Positions 38,962 to 51,399 of a stretch of DNA of 64,000 bases are shown piece after piece. The notes below the pieces were generated by a model. That model had not been told where the DNA came from and ran no database searches. It saw only the letters and a program-made list of their open reading frames with translations. Origin of the DNA: Octopus sinensis (taxonomy: Eukaryota); contig NC_043016.1 in assembly GCF_006345805.1 (NCBI RefSeq), positions 6,758,001 through 6,822,000 of the forward strand, written 5' to 3'. The position numbers were made by a program, and so were the translations under genes. The stretch's first letter is position 1; each line of letters begins with the position of its first letter.

Positions 38962-39087
38962 ACACACACAAAAGAGTTCGACTAAGCTTCATATGACTTC
39001 AAGGTTCGTAGACGTATGAGACGGATACGTCTCGTCTCATACGTCTGAGACGAATTCAAAATGCCTTCTCGATGTTAGGTGTGTATC

Positions 39088-39245
<158 letters not shown>

Positions 39246-39888
39246 GACATGGACGGACGCTAGTCAAATGGGCTCCACGTAAGTTGGTCATTTTGTACGT
39301 TGAAAATTGTTTATTGTGAAAAATTTTGTGTTTAAAAGTTGTGCAACAACATCCACTGCAAACCTTGATTAATATCTACACAAAATTTTGCCCCTTCTGG
39401 GCAAAATTTAAAAGAAAAAATTCTCATAGCCTTCGTGGTTTCATTTAGCCATTTTATTTCCAAAATGGCCACTGGTCACCACGAGGCTGAGGTGCAAGTC
39501 AAGCGTGAGCGCAGAGGCAGAAAAACAGGATGCTCTGTTACCTTACGCTGAACCTGACAACTCCGCCACCATCAACATCGACAACAGCAACAAATACAAA
39601 ACAAAGGTCGCAAGGCCAAGCACCGTCAACACATCAGTGAGTCCACCACCACCACCACCCACACCGACAACACACACCATGGCAGAATCTGCTACTAAAA
39701 CTGCTATCCCTACTAAAGACGTCGCCACCAATAACAACACCAACATCACCGCCACCAAAGACCGTGCCGTCAATGCTACTAATACTACTAACACCACCGC
39801 CGTCACCAAGAACGACAATAACAACAACAACAACAACAACAACAACAACGACGACAACAACAACAATTCCTTCAACCACTGCTCACTC

Positions 39889-39988
39889 NNNNNNNNNNNN
39901 NNNNNNNNNNNNNNNNNNNNNNNNNNNNNNNNNNNNNNNNNNNNNNNNNNNNNNNNNNNNNNNNNNNNNNNNNNNNNNNNNNNNNNNN
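39889..39988. other. Assembly gap (100 N)
   Basis: Direct reading. Confidence 1.
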
Positions 39989-40031
39989 CCATGGTACACA
40001 CACGGTCACATTTTGATATATATATATATAT

Positions 40032-40246
40032 AAACGCCATGATAGATCGCTAGCTCCTACACGCATTTTTTTCTCTCCTTGTTTCTCTCCTTGTTTTTTT
40101 TTCTGGTGTATCTTTCTGTCGAAGAGCGTAGGCTCGAAACGTAAAAGACTTGTTCTATTTCTATTCCTGTGCGCCATACTAATACAATTGTTTGTTTGTA
40201 CTCCACCTGCCTTCGTCTTTGTTTATTTTCGTAAACCTTCCCGTTA
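40032..40246 (+). mobile_element. Repeat family H3 with variant hammerhead-like motif (40111-40148)
   Basis: TCTTT-CTGTCGA-A-GAGC(GTAG)GCTC-GAAAC-GTA-AAAGA. Confidence 0.8.
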
Positions 40247-40248
40247 TA

Positions 40249-40280
<32 letters not shown>

Positions 40281-40734
40281 TACAAATTGAGATAGGGGTT
40301 GTAAATGCAACCTCTATGGGATAACGTATATCCAATATACTGCTAGTGAAGTACCCAACAAAGTTAATACATAAATGATAATGATTGCGATGCAATCAAT
40401 TCATTACTGTATTATATGGGCAAAGGTAAAATGATTTACATAAATTACTAATACAAGATAAGAAAATGGAGAAATACATCTAAATCAAATATCAATACCA
40501 GATAATACTCAATCACATACTTTATTAAACCACCACATATGAGACTGTAGGTTAAATATAAAAAAGCAGAACAAATCAGTGTACGTAAAGAATGTACATA
40601 AAAAAGTGTACATAAAAGAGTAATGTTGTATAATAATTAGAATATATATAAAAAAGAATATAAATACAAGCAAATATAAATATAGTATAATATATATATA
40701 TATATATATAATATATATTATATATATATATATA

Positions 40735-40928
40735 TTTAATCCAAACATGAAAACACAATAACGCAATGACGTGGAACAAGTATAGAATTATTGGACGCTC
40801 AGGAAGGAAAGAAAGAAGGAGTTTTAACGCTTCGAGCGGAGCTCTTCTTCAGAACATAGAAAAGGAAGGATCCAAGGAAGGGAAGACGGAGAAAGAAAAT
40901 CGCCAATGGTACACACGGTCACATTTTG
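40735..40928 (-). mobile_element. Repeat family H2 (motif 40822-40856)
   Basis: CTGAAGA-A-GAGC(TCC)GCTC-GAAGC-GTT on minus. Confidence 0.78.
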
Positions 40929-40944
40929 ATATATATATATATAT

Positions 40945-41217
40945 AAAATAGTAAAAAGTGAAAAAACTACAGAAGGCTTGTTTTAAAAGGTTAAAAAATA
41001 TATATTTGAGTTAATATGTCTGAAGAATGTTATAAATTTTTTTCATACAATGACATTTAAGAAATTTGAAAAGCTGAACGCGAAACCGGTCATTTCTTCT
41101 AAACTATGTCATTGTATGAAAAAAATTTATAACATTCTTCAGACATATTAACTCAAATATATATTTTTTAACCCTTTAAAACAAGCCTTCTGTAGTTTTT
41201 TCACTTTTTACTATTTT
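40945..41217. repeat. Inverted repeat, 112-bp arms (one mismatch seen), 49-bp spacer with degenerate hammerhead
   Basis: 40945-41056 vs 41106-41217. Confidence 0.92.
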
Positions 41218-41815
41218 CTATATATTCAACCACGTGCATTCACATACCAACTTTCTTACCTATATATATATATATATATATAAATAGATGAGTGTATTTT
41301 TACCTTGTTAACAATTAACACGGAAAAATAAATAAATAGTTACCAGAACGAGCATACAGATGTAAGCATTGGCAGAAACATACATTTAGTGCATATAAGT
41401 AGTCTCTATCATTATATATAATTTAAACTTTAATTTCCTTTATATTTAACATTCACTATTAATATCCCTACTCTTTCTGTTAGCTACTTATGACCTTATA
41501 TCATATAACGTTATTTTAAACAATATTAATAGCGTTCTGTCTATCGCTATACGAATCCATCATTTTTTGCTAAAATGTCGTATTGACAAGTTTCGTTTTT
41601 TCACTTTCCCGAAAAGAAGATTACATTGTTTATACCTTTTATTCTTTTGAATAGTATCAGTGGAATTTTCGAAACATGTGTCGAAGTAAAAATACTTGTT
41701 TAAACCTGCATTAACTCCATTTTTTATATTCATATATATATATATATAATATATAATATAGATATATATATATATTATATTATATATATATATATAATAT
41801 ATACATATACATAAA

Positions 41816-42015
41816 GTTAATCCAAACATGAAAACACAAAGAGAAAACGCAACAACGCGATGACGTGGAACAAGTATAGAATTATTGGACGCTCAGGAAA
41901 GGAAAGAAAGAAGGAGGATTTAACAATTCGAGTGAACCTCTTCATCAGAAACATAGGAAAGGAAGAGAAGACGGAGGAAAAAAATCGCCAACGGTACACA
42001 TGCGGTCACATTTTG
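41816..42015 (-). mobile_element. Repeat family H2 (motif 41917-41952)
   Basis: CTGATGA-A-GAG(GTTCA)CTC-GAATT-GTT on minus. Confidence 0.78.
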
Positions 42016-42114
42016 AATGACCGGAAGGGAATGGGTGAAAAAAAAGTTCTTTCAAAGACAGAAGAGTGCAAGAGAAGGAGGTATGTGTGTGTAAGTGTAT
42101 ATATATATATATAT

Positions 42115-42276
42115 AGGCGCAGGAGTTGTGTGGTAAGAAGCTTGATTTCTAACCACATGATTCCGGGTTCAGTCCCACTGCATCGTACATTGGGTAAGTG
42201 TCTTTTACTATAGCCTCGAGCCGACCAAAGTCTCGTGACTGGATTTGGTTGACGGATACTGAAAGAAGCCTGTCGT
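42115..42276 (+). mobile_element. SINE S2 5' half
   Basis: GGCGCAGGAGTTGTGTGGTAAG head; GGTTCAGTCCC. Confidence 0.85.
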
Positions 42277-42283
42277 ATATATA

Positions 42284-43066
42284 CTAGCTTAAAATGAAGA
42301 GCCCTCCATCGGAGGGCTCTTCATTGAGCCTTGGGCCCAACAATGACGCTTCATGCATTGAGTACACATTAAATTTTATTAAACTTGAACAATATTTTTA
42401 AAACAATGAACAATTTCCATCAAAACAGTGATATAATTTGTTGACTTGGAACTTATTGCAAAGCTGCAAAATAAACAACATTTTTGGTCTTCCCATTCAG
42501 GGGTCAGTACAAATAGCTTGTTTCCGTTCTCTACCCTTGAACAACCAACATATAGCTGGCCGTAGACAACAATAAACTTACCTTTTAAAAGTTCAACGAT
42601 AATTATTCTTCCGCCACTTAATTTAAAGACAATTTGATGTACGTAGGGCCTCACTTTTCGTGCAAACAATTATTTGTAGTTGCTATTACCTATCTAAACT
42701 CCTGTTCGTAGTTTGAAGGAAAATTACACCACTGTCGCTAAACACTATTTTAAAGTGCGATTTTTATGGTTTGGAATTGCTCTAAACGTATTTGTCCATA
42801 AAGATGCTTGAAATTTAATATTTGTTTAGTATTTTTAAAGGTAATAATAGGATTAGTCGAATCGGTTTTCATGCAGTCGGAGTGCGCTAAGTTTCCATAG
42901 TTCCGACGGCCGATGGCATGAAGATAGATCCGACAAATTTTATTGATAACTGAAAAAATACTAAGTTTCCCACATTTTTATGGTAGAGAGTTATGAGAGG
43001 TAATACTGTATGAGAGTGAATTCAATACATATTTCAGTTCCTAACGTGTTATGGTTAAATTACTTG
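42284..43066 (-). mobile_element. Helitron-like insertion (3' end clear, 5' end uncertain)
   Basis: CTAG at 42284-42287 with perfect 15-bp hairpin 42293-42325. Confidence 0.6.
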
Positions 43067-43295
43067 ATACAGTTGTAATATTTAGAGAAATTACTTTCGG
43101 AAATAGTTCTAATATTTGGAGAAATGTTAGGATTAAGAAGAAAAATGAAGAATAGTAGAAGAGTCATTGAATAGTGAGAGAGGAGTAAAGCATGAGGAAT
43201 AGTAGAAGTGTCATTGAATAGTGAGAGAGAGGGTTGGAAGAGTAAAGTATAAAAAGTGTGACACACTGACACACTGACATTCGCTTTCGCATTTA

Positions 43296-43356
<61 letters not shown>

Positions 43357-43389
43357 ATATATATGTAAGCATGTATTTGTGCGTTTGTG

Positions 43390-43560
43390 ATTGTTGTCCC
43401 ACCAGGGCTTGACACCGACGCTAGTGTGTTTATGGCAAAAGAAACCTATAGAATAAGTATTAGGCTTACAAAGAATAATTCCTGGGCTAGATACGTTCGA
43501 CTAAATGTGGTGCTCCAGCATGACCACAGTCAAATGACTGAAACAAGTAAAAAAAAACAT
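43390..43560 (+). mobile_element. SINE S2 3' half
   Basis: Ends GTGCTCCAGCATGACCACAGTCAAATGACTGAAACAAGTAAAA. Confidence 0.8.
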
Positions 43561-43970
43561 ATTTTTGATGTTATATACTTAATATATGTGTATTTTAATG
43601 CGCTTATTAGCTGTGAGATTGCATCGGGAATGACCGGAAGCGGGGGTCTCTTTCAGACGCAAAATGTTAAAAGAAATAAGGAATACCTCAAACCAGGAGA
43701 GTCATCTCACCCCCGTAGGTGGATGCAAACAATGGATATCAACGCTTTGCTGTTATTTCAGCTCGTCGGAATCATATACCCGTGTCCCCTCGAAACGAAT
43801 CGGGTTCGTGGGTGTGATGTTTATATACACATAGTGTAAAGTGTATCGCTGATGTACAACTAGGCCACAAAACTGAAACCAATTTAAATTTTGAATTATA
43901 AGCAGTTCTAATTATATAAACATCTGATTTGTGAGTGTGAACTCTTCGAATGTCTGTACTTCCTTATGTA

Positions 43971-44142
43971 AGGCGTAGGATTGGCTGTGTGGTAAGTAGC
44001 TTGCTTACCGACCACATGGTTCCGGGTTCAGTCCCACTGCGTGGCACCTAGGCCAGGCATCTTCTACTTTAGCCTCGGGCCGACCAAAACCTTGTGAGTG
44101 GATTTGATAGACGGAAACTGAAAGAAGCCCGTCGTATATTTG

Positions 44143-44175
<33 letters not shown>

Positions 44176-44383
44176 TCGTGTGTCTGTGTTTGTCCCCCAA
44201 CATCTCTTGACAACCGATGCTAGTGTGTTTACGACCCCGTAACTTAGCAGGTTCGGCAAAAGAGACCGATAGAATAAGTACTAGGCTTACAAAGAATATG
44301 TCCTGGAGGTCGATTTGCTCGACTAAAGGCGGTGCTCCAGCATGGCCGCAGTCAAATGACTGAAACAAGTAAAAGAGTAAAAG
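43971..44383 (+). mobile_element. Full-length SINE S2 with internal (TA)n(GT)n
   Basis: tRNA-like head, CORE-like segment, microsatellite, GGTCGATTTG domain, (GTAAAAGA) tail. Confidence 0.92.
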
Positions 44384-44580
44384 ATTACAGATGTCACACA
44401 CTTACATAATGAGGTTTGTTTTTGCATTTATTAGCTGCGAGATTACTCTTAAATAAACGCAATATGTATGTCCACATATACATACATACATACTCTCTCT
44501 CCTTCACACACACACACACACATACACACACAAATATAGACGTATGTATGTGTATATATATATGTGTGTGTGTGTGTGTA

Positions 44581-44623
<43 letters not shown>

Positions 44624-45029
44624 GCAAAATCCAGGTTTAAATGCTCGTGACATATTTGAATTGCGAAAATGCAAATTCACTGTACTTCCTTATGTAAAAA
44701 GTTTCGAGGTTTTTTTATTCTTTTCAATGGGATATACCTAAGAGACACAACTCTCAACAAACTTATAAAGCAATAGATTTATGTAAAATTCGGTTAACGC
44801 TGTTGACTGAGATAGGTATATATCCTGGAAGTTTATATTCTAATACCACAGATAAAGGAGAGGAAGAGGTGAGTAGCAAGCCTGTAGTAGTTATTCAGGC
44901 ATAAGTAGGTGAACATTGGAAGGGTTCATAATCACAAGTCAGATGTAAGAACCCGATTATTCATCAACAACTGTTTCTAGGGTTTTCAGTTTCTATGTAA
45001 GTTCAGTATCATGTTGTTTTTGTACATAT

Positions 45030-45152
45030 ATATATTTCTTTTCTACCCACAAGGGGCTAAACATAGAGGGGACAAACAAGGACAGACAAAGGGATTAAGT
45101 CGATTACATCGACCACAGTGCGTACCTGGTACTTTATTTATCGACCCCGAGA
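45030..45152 (-). mobile_element. SINE S1 3' fragment
   Basis: Reverse complement of 30715-30835. Confidence 0.8.
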
Positions 45153-45704
45153 GGCTGAATAGCAAAGTTGTGTTTGTACATATATGCGAAGATGATTGGT
45201 GTCAGAGAATGTACATGAAATAGCAAATGTTTAAATTATATGAACACTTACCCTATCTTCTGAAAGGAATGAAATTTTAGCGAATGAAGGTACACACACA
45301 CACACACATACACACACCACCCACACACGTATAACTCGATAAAGAAGGTGTAATAGAGTAAGTAGTAAGATAGAAACAGTGTTAAAAGTGAGGAAGGAAA
45401 CCATTTGAGGTATTTATCAGTAAATAAGAAAAGAAGATAAGGAAATGAGATATGACAGAAGGTGTATTGAAGGAAAAAAGAGAAAAGAATAAAGAGATGT
45501 TTTAAAAGAAACGGAGTGGTAGCTGCCTTTCGACGGTTCAGAAGGTAATCGAAATTTTCCTTTAAATTATGCAGAAATCGTATGAAATTCGACCACTTTG
45601 ATACAATTTTCCTGTTTTAATAACAGAGACAATAACGTTGTAAAAGATGTTAAGTCATTGTGCTCGATGACATTAACAACTGCTTTCTCTCTTTTATTTG
45701 AGCA

Positions 45705-45863
45705 TGTGTATGTATGTATGTATGTATGTATGTATGTATGTATGTATGTATGTATGTATATATGTATGTATGTATGTATGCATGTATGTATGTATGTATG
45801 TATATATGTATGTATGTATGTATGTATGAATAATGTATGTATGTATGTATGCATGTATGTATA

Positions 45864-45899
<36 letters not shown>

Positions 45900-45967
45900 T
45901 GTATGTATGTATGTGTGTGTATGTATGTATGTATGTATGTGTGTATGTATGTATGTATGTATGTATG

Positions 45968-46003
<36 letters not shown>

Positions 46004-46150
46004 TGTATGTATGTATCTGTATGTATGTATGTATGTATGTATGTATGTATGTATGTATGTATGTATGTGTATGTATGTATGTATGTATGTATGTATGTAT
46101 GTATGTATGAATAATGTATGTATGTATGTATGTATGTATGTATGTATATA

Positions 46151-46186
<36 letters not shown>

Positions 46187-46250
46187 TGTATGTATGTATG
46201 TATGTATGAATAATGTATGTATGTATGTATGTATGTTTGTATGTATATAT
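45705..46250. repeat. (TATG)n array
   Basis: Direct reading. Confidence 0.97.
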
Positions 46251-48851
46251 GTATAATTGTATGTTTTTATCCACCTATAAAATGTGTGTGTCTCTGTCCC
46301 CCTCCCTCACTGTCCTTCTCTCTCTCTCTCTCTCTCTCTCTCGCTCTCTCTCTATATATATGTATATATATCAATTATATTAGAGATAAAACCACTATTA
46401 GGCAAATCAAACAGTGAAAAACATAAATCAATACATAAAAATAAAAATAAAAATAATTAATATAATATACAAATATATAAAATTTAAAATTTAAAATTTA
46501 AACCATTTAAATTTAAAATTTTTAATTTATATTTATAAATTTTTATATTTTTTAAAATTTAAAATTTATAAATTTTTAAACTTTTTTTAAAAATATATAT
46601 AACTATCAAAAAGTATTAAAAAGTTTAATATAAGATAATAAGTAATACCACTACGTACGTTTCATGGCCTAATTACAATAATTTAAATTCAATTAAAATT
46701 AAAAATTCGAATTATAGTTCGAACTATACATCCGAATGCTGCTGGAGAAGATCGTGGACATGGTCAGGCGTATGAGGTGGGAAGCTTTCCACTGCGACCT
46801 AGCCGCACCATCCCCGGAGAGAAACACCTATGGCGTTAGATCGAGGAAATACACGCCCAGAATTAAAGACCTCGAACCCTTCGAAGCTGGGAATCATCCC
46901 AAAACTGAAGTTCCGCAAGTCTTCTCCCTCCTTCCAACGTTTCGACGTGCCGACAGTAGATTATTAAAATCCTCGGAAAGGTCCCTAATTTTCTCCGATA
47001 AGAAGAACTTGTTTAGGTTAGATTCAGACCCCATAGAATACAATAGGTTACAAGAAAATAACATCACGCAGACTTACAGATCTCCCCCCACACACACACA
47101 CACATAGGGACATCAACAGTGAAGCCAAAAAAATAGCTAACGATTTACAGATAGCAGATACGGTAGAAATCATGGCAAAAAGAAACGCTTTCATCACCAT
47201 AAAAGACCACAAACCGAACTTTGCTTATAACCATAAGTGCATGGTTTAACATCAACAAGGGTAGAGGCAGGGCAATGTTCATCCAATTTGATGCAGTCTA
47301 TTTTTACCCGTCTATATCAAAAGGGTTACTAACCAAAACGCTTCCTTTCGTTAGGGGCTTCACTGGCGTTAGCGACAGGGATTTAGAAATCATTATGCAT
47401 GAAGACAGTACTGTTTCGCAAAGGTTCGGCATGGGTTAAGCAATCCGACCCCACAGGCTGCTTTGATATAGCGATGGGAGTCTACGACAGTGATAACGTG
47501 TGCGACCTTATAGGATTGTACAGCTTGGATATTCTTAGGAAAAAGTTCCCCTCTCTTCTTTTTGGCCTCTACAGAGATGGCGCCCTAAGCCTATCTAGGG
47601 GTCACACGCTAGATAGGCTTAGAAAAAAACCTAATCAGCACGCTTGGCTTCATGGGAATCAAGATTACCACAGAAACCAACCTCACCACAGCAGACTTCT
47701 TGGATGTCACGCTGGACTTTGGCTCCGGTACCTACCGCAAGTGAAACAGGAGGGCAACATATATTAACACAGCCTCCTGCCACCCACCCAACGTATTCAA
47801 GAGCCTGATAAAGGGTGTTAGTAAGAGGATTTCGAACATTTCCTGTAATCAAGAGGCCTTCAACGCGGCAGCCCCATACTATGACGAGGTCCTAACCTCT
47901 AGTTGGTTTAAGAACCGCATCTCTTATATGCCGAAACGCAGCGCCCACAGAAAGAAACGCCGCAGAAATGCAATTTAGTTTCCCCACTTCTCCCTTAATA
48001 CTGTAATGCCCGTAGGTAGATTTTTCTTTAAATTAATAGACAAACACTTTACTATCTCCCATAGATACCCAATACCATTTTCAACAGGCAGAACATTAGG
48101 GTCTAGTTTAACTGTGCCCCTAATATTAAGAGAATCTTAACGCCCCTAAACAACAGGAAGAGGCAGTTTGTTCATGTAGGATCCGAAACAAATGCCCTGT
48201 AGGAGGCCACAGCGAAACCAAAGGGGTCGACTATCAAGCCGAGGTGCGAGCGAACCCTGCCAATTACACCGGCAGAATCCATAGCAGCCGTAGACTTGAA
48301 GACAGAACCAACAACACCGCCGCCACCACCGCAGCGAACAGCCTTAATGGCGTCAACAACAGCAACACCAACACCAAGAACAATATCGACTACAACCTCG
48401 ACGGCACCATCACTAAAATCAGTCACAGTGACGTCGCCTCCAACACTAGCCTCACCCTAAGCTTCTCCAATGGCAAACATGACAATGCACCCACTGACAG
48501 GCCTCGCAGCCCTGATTAACAGCCCTGCAGTAACAGACCCAGCGTCGACACCAGCTTTATCGGCGACAACACCAACAAGCAACAGCAGTGACCCTAGCAA
48601 TGGCCCCGGCGTAGACGCGAATAATAGTAACCCCGACAACGGTAACAGCATCCCCCACCCAACACCGGGGAAGAAAGCAAATAATAACAATAATAATAAT
48701 AACACCACCTTTGGCTACGGTTTTAGTAACTATGAAGTGCTTCCTCCATAACCAGCGATAGCATTACCAACATCACCACGACCCCCACCTTCGCCAACAC
48801 CAATACTAACGGCCCCGACTCCAACAACAACAACATCGTTGACGACAGCGC

Positions 48852-48991
<140 letters not shown>

Positions 48992-49516
48992 GTAATAGTC
49001 ACTATAACGATATCAGGCGTCCAAGGAAATACTTTGGTTGCACGGTAAATTCCTTTAAGAAACATGTTTCCAACCATAGATCTTCCTTCAGGGTCCCTGA
49101 AAAGAGATACGTAACATCGCTGGCCAGCCATGTCTGGCAACTAAAGGAAGATCTCATGGAAAATCCTCGAGCGCCCGGGTCACTGCATCAATGGAGCGAA
49201 ATGCTGCAAGCTATGCATAGCCGAACGCATGGAAATCCTGAAAAACTCGCACGTACCAGGGACCATACTGAACTCCTGAACGGAGATTTTCGGGCTGTGC
49301 TGGCATTTTAGGAAATAATAGCAAAAATAACACCACAACCGGAAGTTGATTGGTGATGGGAGGGAGGGACAACCCTCTATTGCTTTTCCTCATAGCTGAA
49401 AGTTGGCGACACGGCCGGAAGCCGATAGCCAGCAGCAAAGGGAGATAATCCTCTTGTTTACATCCGTATCGTTTGCCCCTCCATATTTTAAAGAGGACAT
49501 AGGCCAAGATCACTTT

Positions 49517-49572
49517 GGTTCTGAAGATACCCCGTAAACATACCCTTTATGGCGAGAAACCCAGGGTAACTC
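49517..49572 (+). ncRNA. Type-I hammerhead-like motif in PLE pLTR
   Basis: CTGAAGA 49521-27; CCGTAAA/TTTATGG stem; GAAAC 49556-60; ACC/GGT helix III; GTA triplet; weak helix I. Confidence 0.6.
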
Positions 49573-50379
49573 TATAAACCAGCCTTCACCAGTAATGAAT
49601 ATAGACTTCTCTACTTCTTAGAATGTGCTCCTTCTCCGGATATATGTTTTTGTAAAAAGTGATGTGTGTGTGTATGCGTGTGTGCGTGTGTGTTTGTGTG
49701 TGCGTGTGTGTATACGTGTGTATAATAAAGGAAAAAATGTATGGTAAATAAACAGATGCCATAACGCATATTGAGTGTACAACCGGACGGGAGACAAACA
49801 CAGAAGGTCCCTAATTCTCCATCAGTTATCAAGTAACTGGTAATACATTAATGAGGAGACTGAAGGCTTCCCATATTTGTGGTGCCTGCAAAAAATGTTT
49901 GCGGAGAATTCAGGGCCGAGAGCAAATATAACAAAGTAAAACAATAAAGCGTGATTTAGGACGGCGGACAAGGACGAACAGATGAGCAAACTACGGTCTT
50001 GGGGCTAGGAAGATTAGAATAGTTGTTAACGTTTAGAAGATATTTTAAAGGATGGACAGCGGAGAGACAGCGAATTTGTGACTGGTCACCTACGGGACCA
50101 GTGTGAGAACGAGAGAAAGCTGGCTGTGGGCCACGTGACAGCAACAGGCAGGGGAGAAAGACAGTAAGAAAGAGGGAGAGAGAGAAAACGTAAGAGAGAA
50201 AAAAGGAAGTGAGGAAAGGAGAAAAAAGAGAGAAAGGAGAACGACTAGGAATACAAGAGGGTGAGAGAGAAAAGAAGAAAGTAGAAACTCTAGATTAGAA
50301 GTGAGAGGATGGGAAAGGAGAAAGTGGTAAAGCTAGAATAGAAGTGAGAGAGTGAGAAAAAGCAAAGGGGAAAGAAAGA

Positions 50380-50858
50380 ACAGCCTGCGATGGGTAAATT
50401 GTCGCCATTTCATATTTTTAAATTTCGCGCTTGTACATTGTTCGTTTTTTGATTTTGTCAACTTCACACTATAGTATGATCAGCTGGCCCCCATCTGTGA
50501 GAAAAACAGCACCATGGTGCAATTGACCCTGCCAGAAATTTGGAAATGAGATGCTGTATTGCTTGGCATTCGCATCGGAAGATCCAATGCGAACATTTCA
50601 GAGTGTCTGGGTGTCAATCTGAGGACTGTGCAGAGAATTAGGAAAGGGTTGGATGAATCTAATGGTGATTAGCTCGGAAACTCGCTCTATTCGTTCTGAT
50701 ACGAAAAGAACTGAATTTGTTGGTAAGATCCAGGCCATTGTTGACAACGATCCCTCAATGTCAATTAAGTCCATCGCCAAGGACATGGGAGTGTTTGAGT
50801 TTCTTATCAAGCAGATAGTGCATGAAGGCATTCGGTATTCCTCATACAAGATGAGAAA
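50380..50858 (+). pseudogene. Tc1/mariner (maT-like) transposase 5' fragment
   Basis: ISECLGVNLRTVQRIRK; EFVGKIQAIVDNDPSMSIKSIAKDMGVFEFLIKQIVHEGIRYSSYKMRK, similar to 14497 copy. Confidence 0.78.
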
Positions 50859-50996
50859 GTACATTATTTACATTATTTACATTTGACGGATATTTGTCCT
50901 CATCTTGTTTCTTGATAACACAACGTTTCGGCTGATATACCCTCCAGCCTTCATCAGGTGTCTTGGGGAAATTTCGAACCTGGCTTCTCATTCGAT
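50859..50996 (-). mobile_element. Repeat family H1, canonical-core hammerhead 50917-50962
   Basis: Reverse complement of 55700-55830. Confidence 0.85.
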
Positions 50997-51024
50997 GTTG
51001 TTGTTGTTGTTGTTACTGTTGTTG

Positions 51025-51069
<45 letters not shown>

Positions 51070-51091
51070 TCACCGCCTGGAATCGAACTCG

Positions 51092-51140
<49 letters not shown>
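50997..51140. repeat. (GTT)/(TTA)n and (TAA)n arrays around a 29-bp tRNA-like fragment
   Basis: Direct reading; TCAGGTCACCGCCTGGAATCGAACTCGGA at about 51065-51093. Confidence 0.85.
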
Positions 51141-51141
<1 letters not shown>

Positions 51142-51399
51142 TAGTATGGTTTTCTTTCTTTTATGCATAATAATTCCATGTGACATGCATAAGAAATAGA
51201 AGCGAACATCAGAACTCTTGAAAGACAGTAAGTACATAAATTGATTAATTAATTAATTAATTAATTAAATAAGTATACATGCAACTGTTTATGCATACAC
51301 GTAGACATTTTAATTGTAAAGTATACATGCAACTGTTTGTGCATACATGTACACATTTTAATTATAAAGCATAAATAATGCTTACACGTACACACAGAA

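Noticed and set aside
39989-40031. Near-identity with 40907-40945 as a biological duplication
   Set aside because: Abuts a 100-N gap and is the end of multicopy family H2; a separate copy or scaffolding artefact cannot be distinguished.
39505-40053. 182-aa ORF as a host mucin-like gene
   Set aside because: Spans the N gap, is low-complexity and shows no splice or domain evidence.
49800-50200. L2/CR1-type 3' end on minus strand
   Set aside because: Resemblance too weak to support without a database search.
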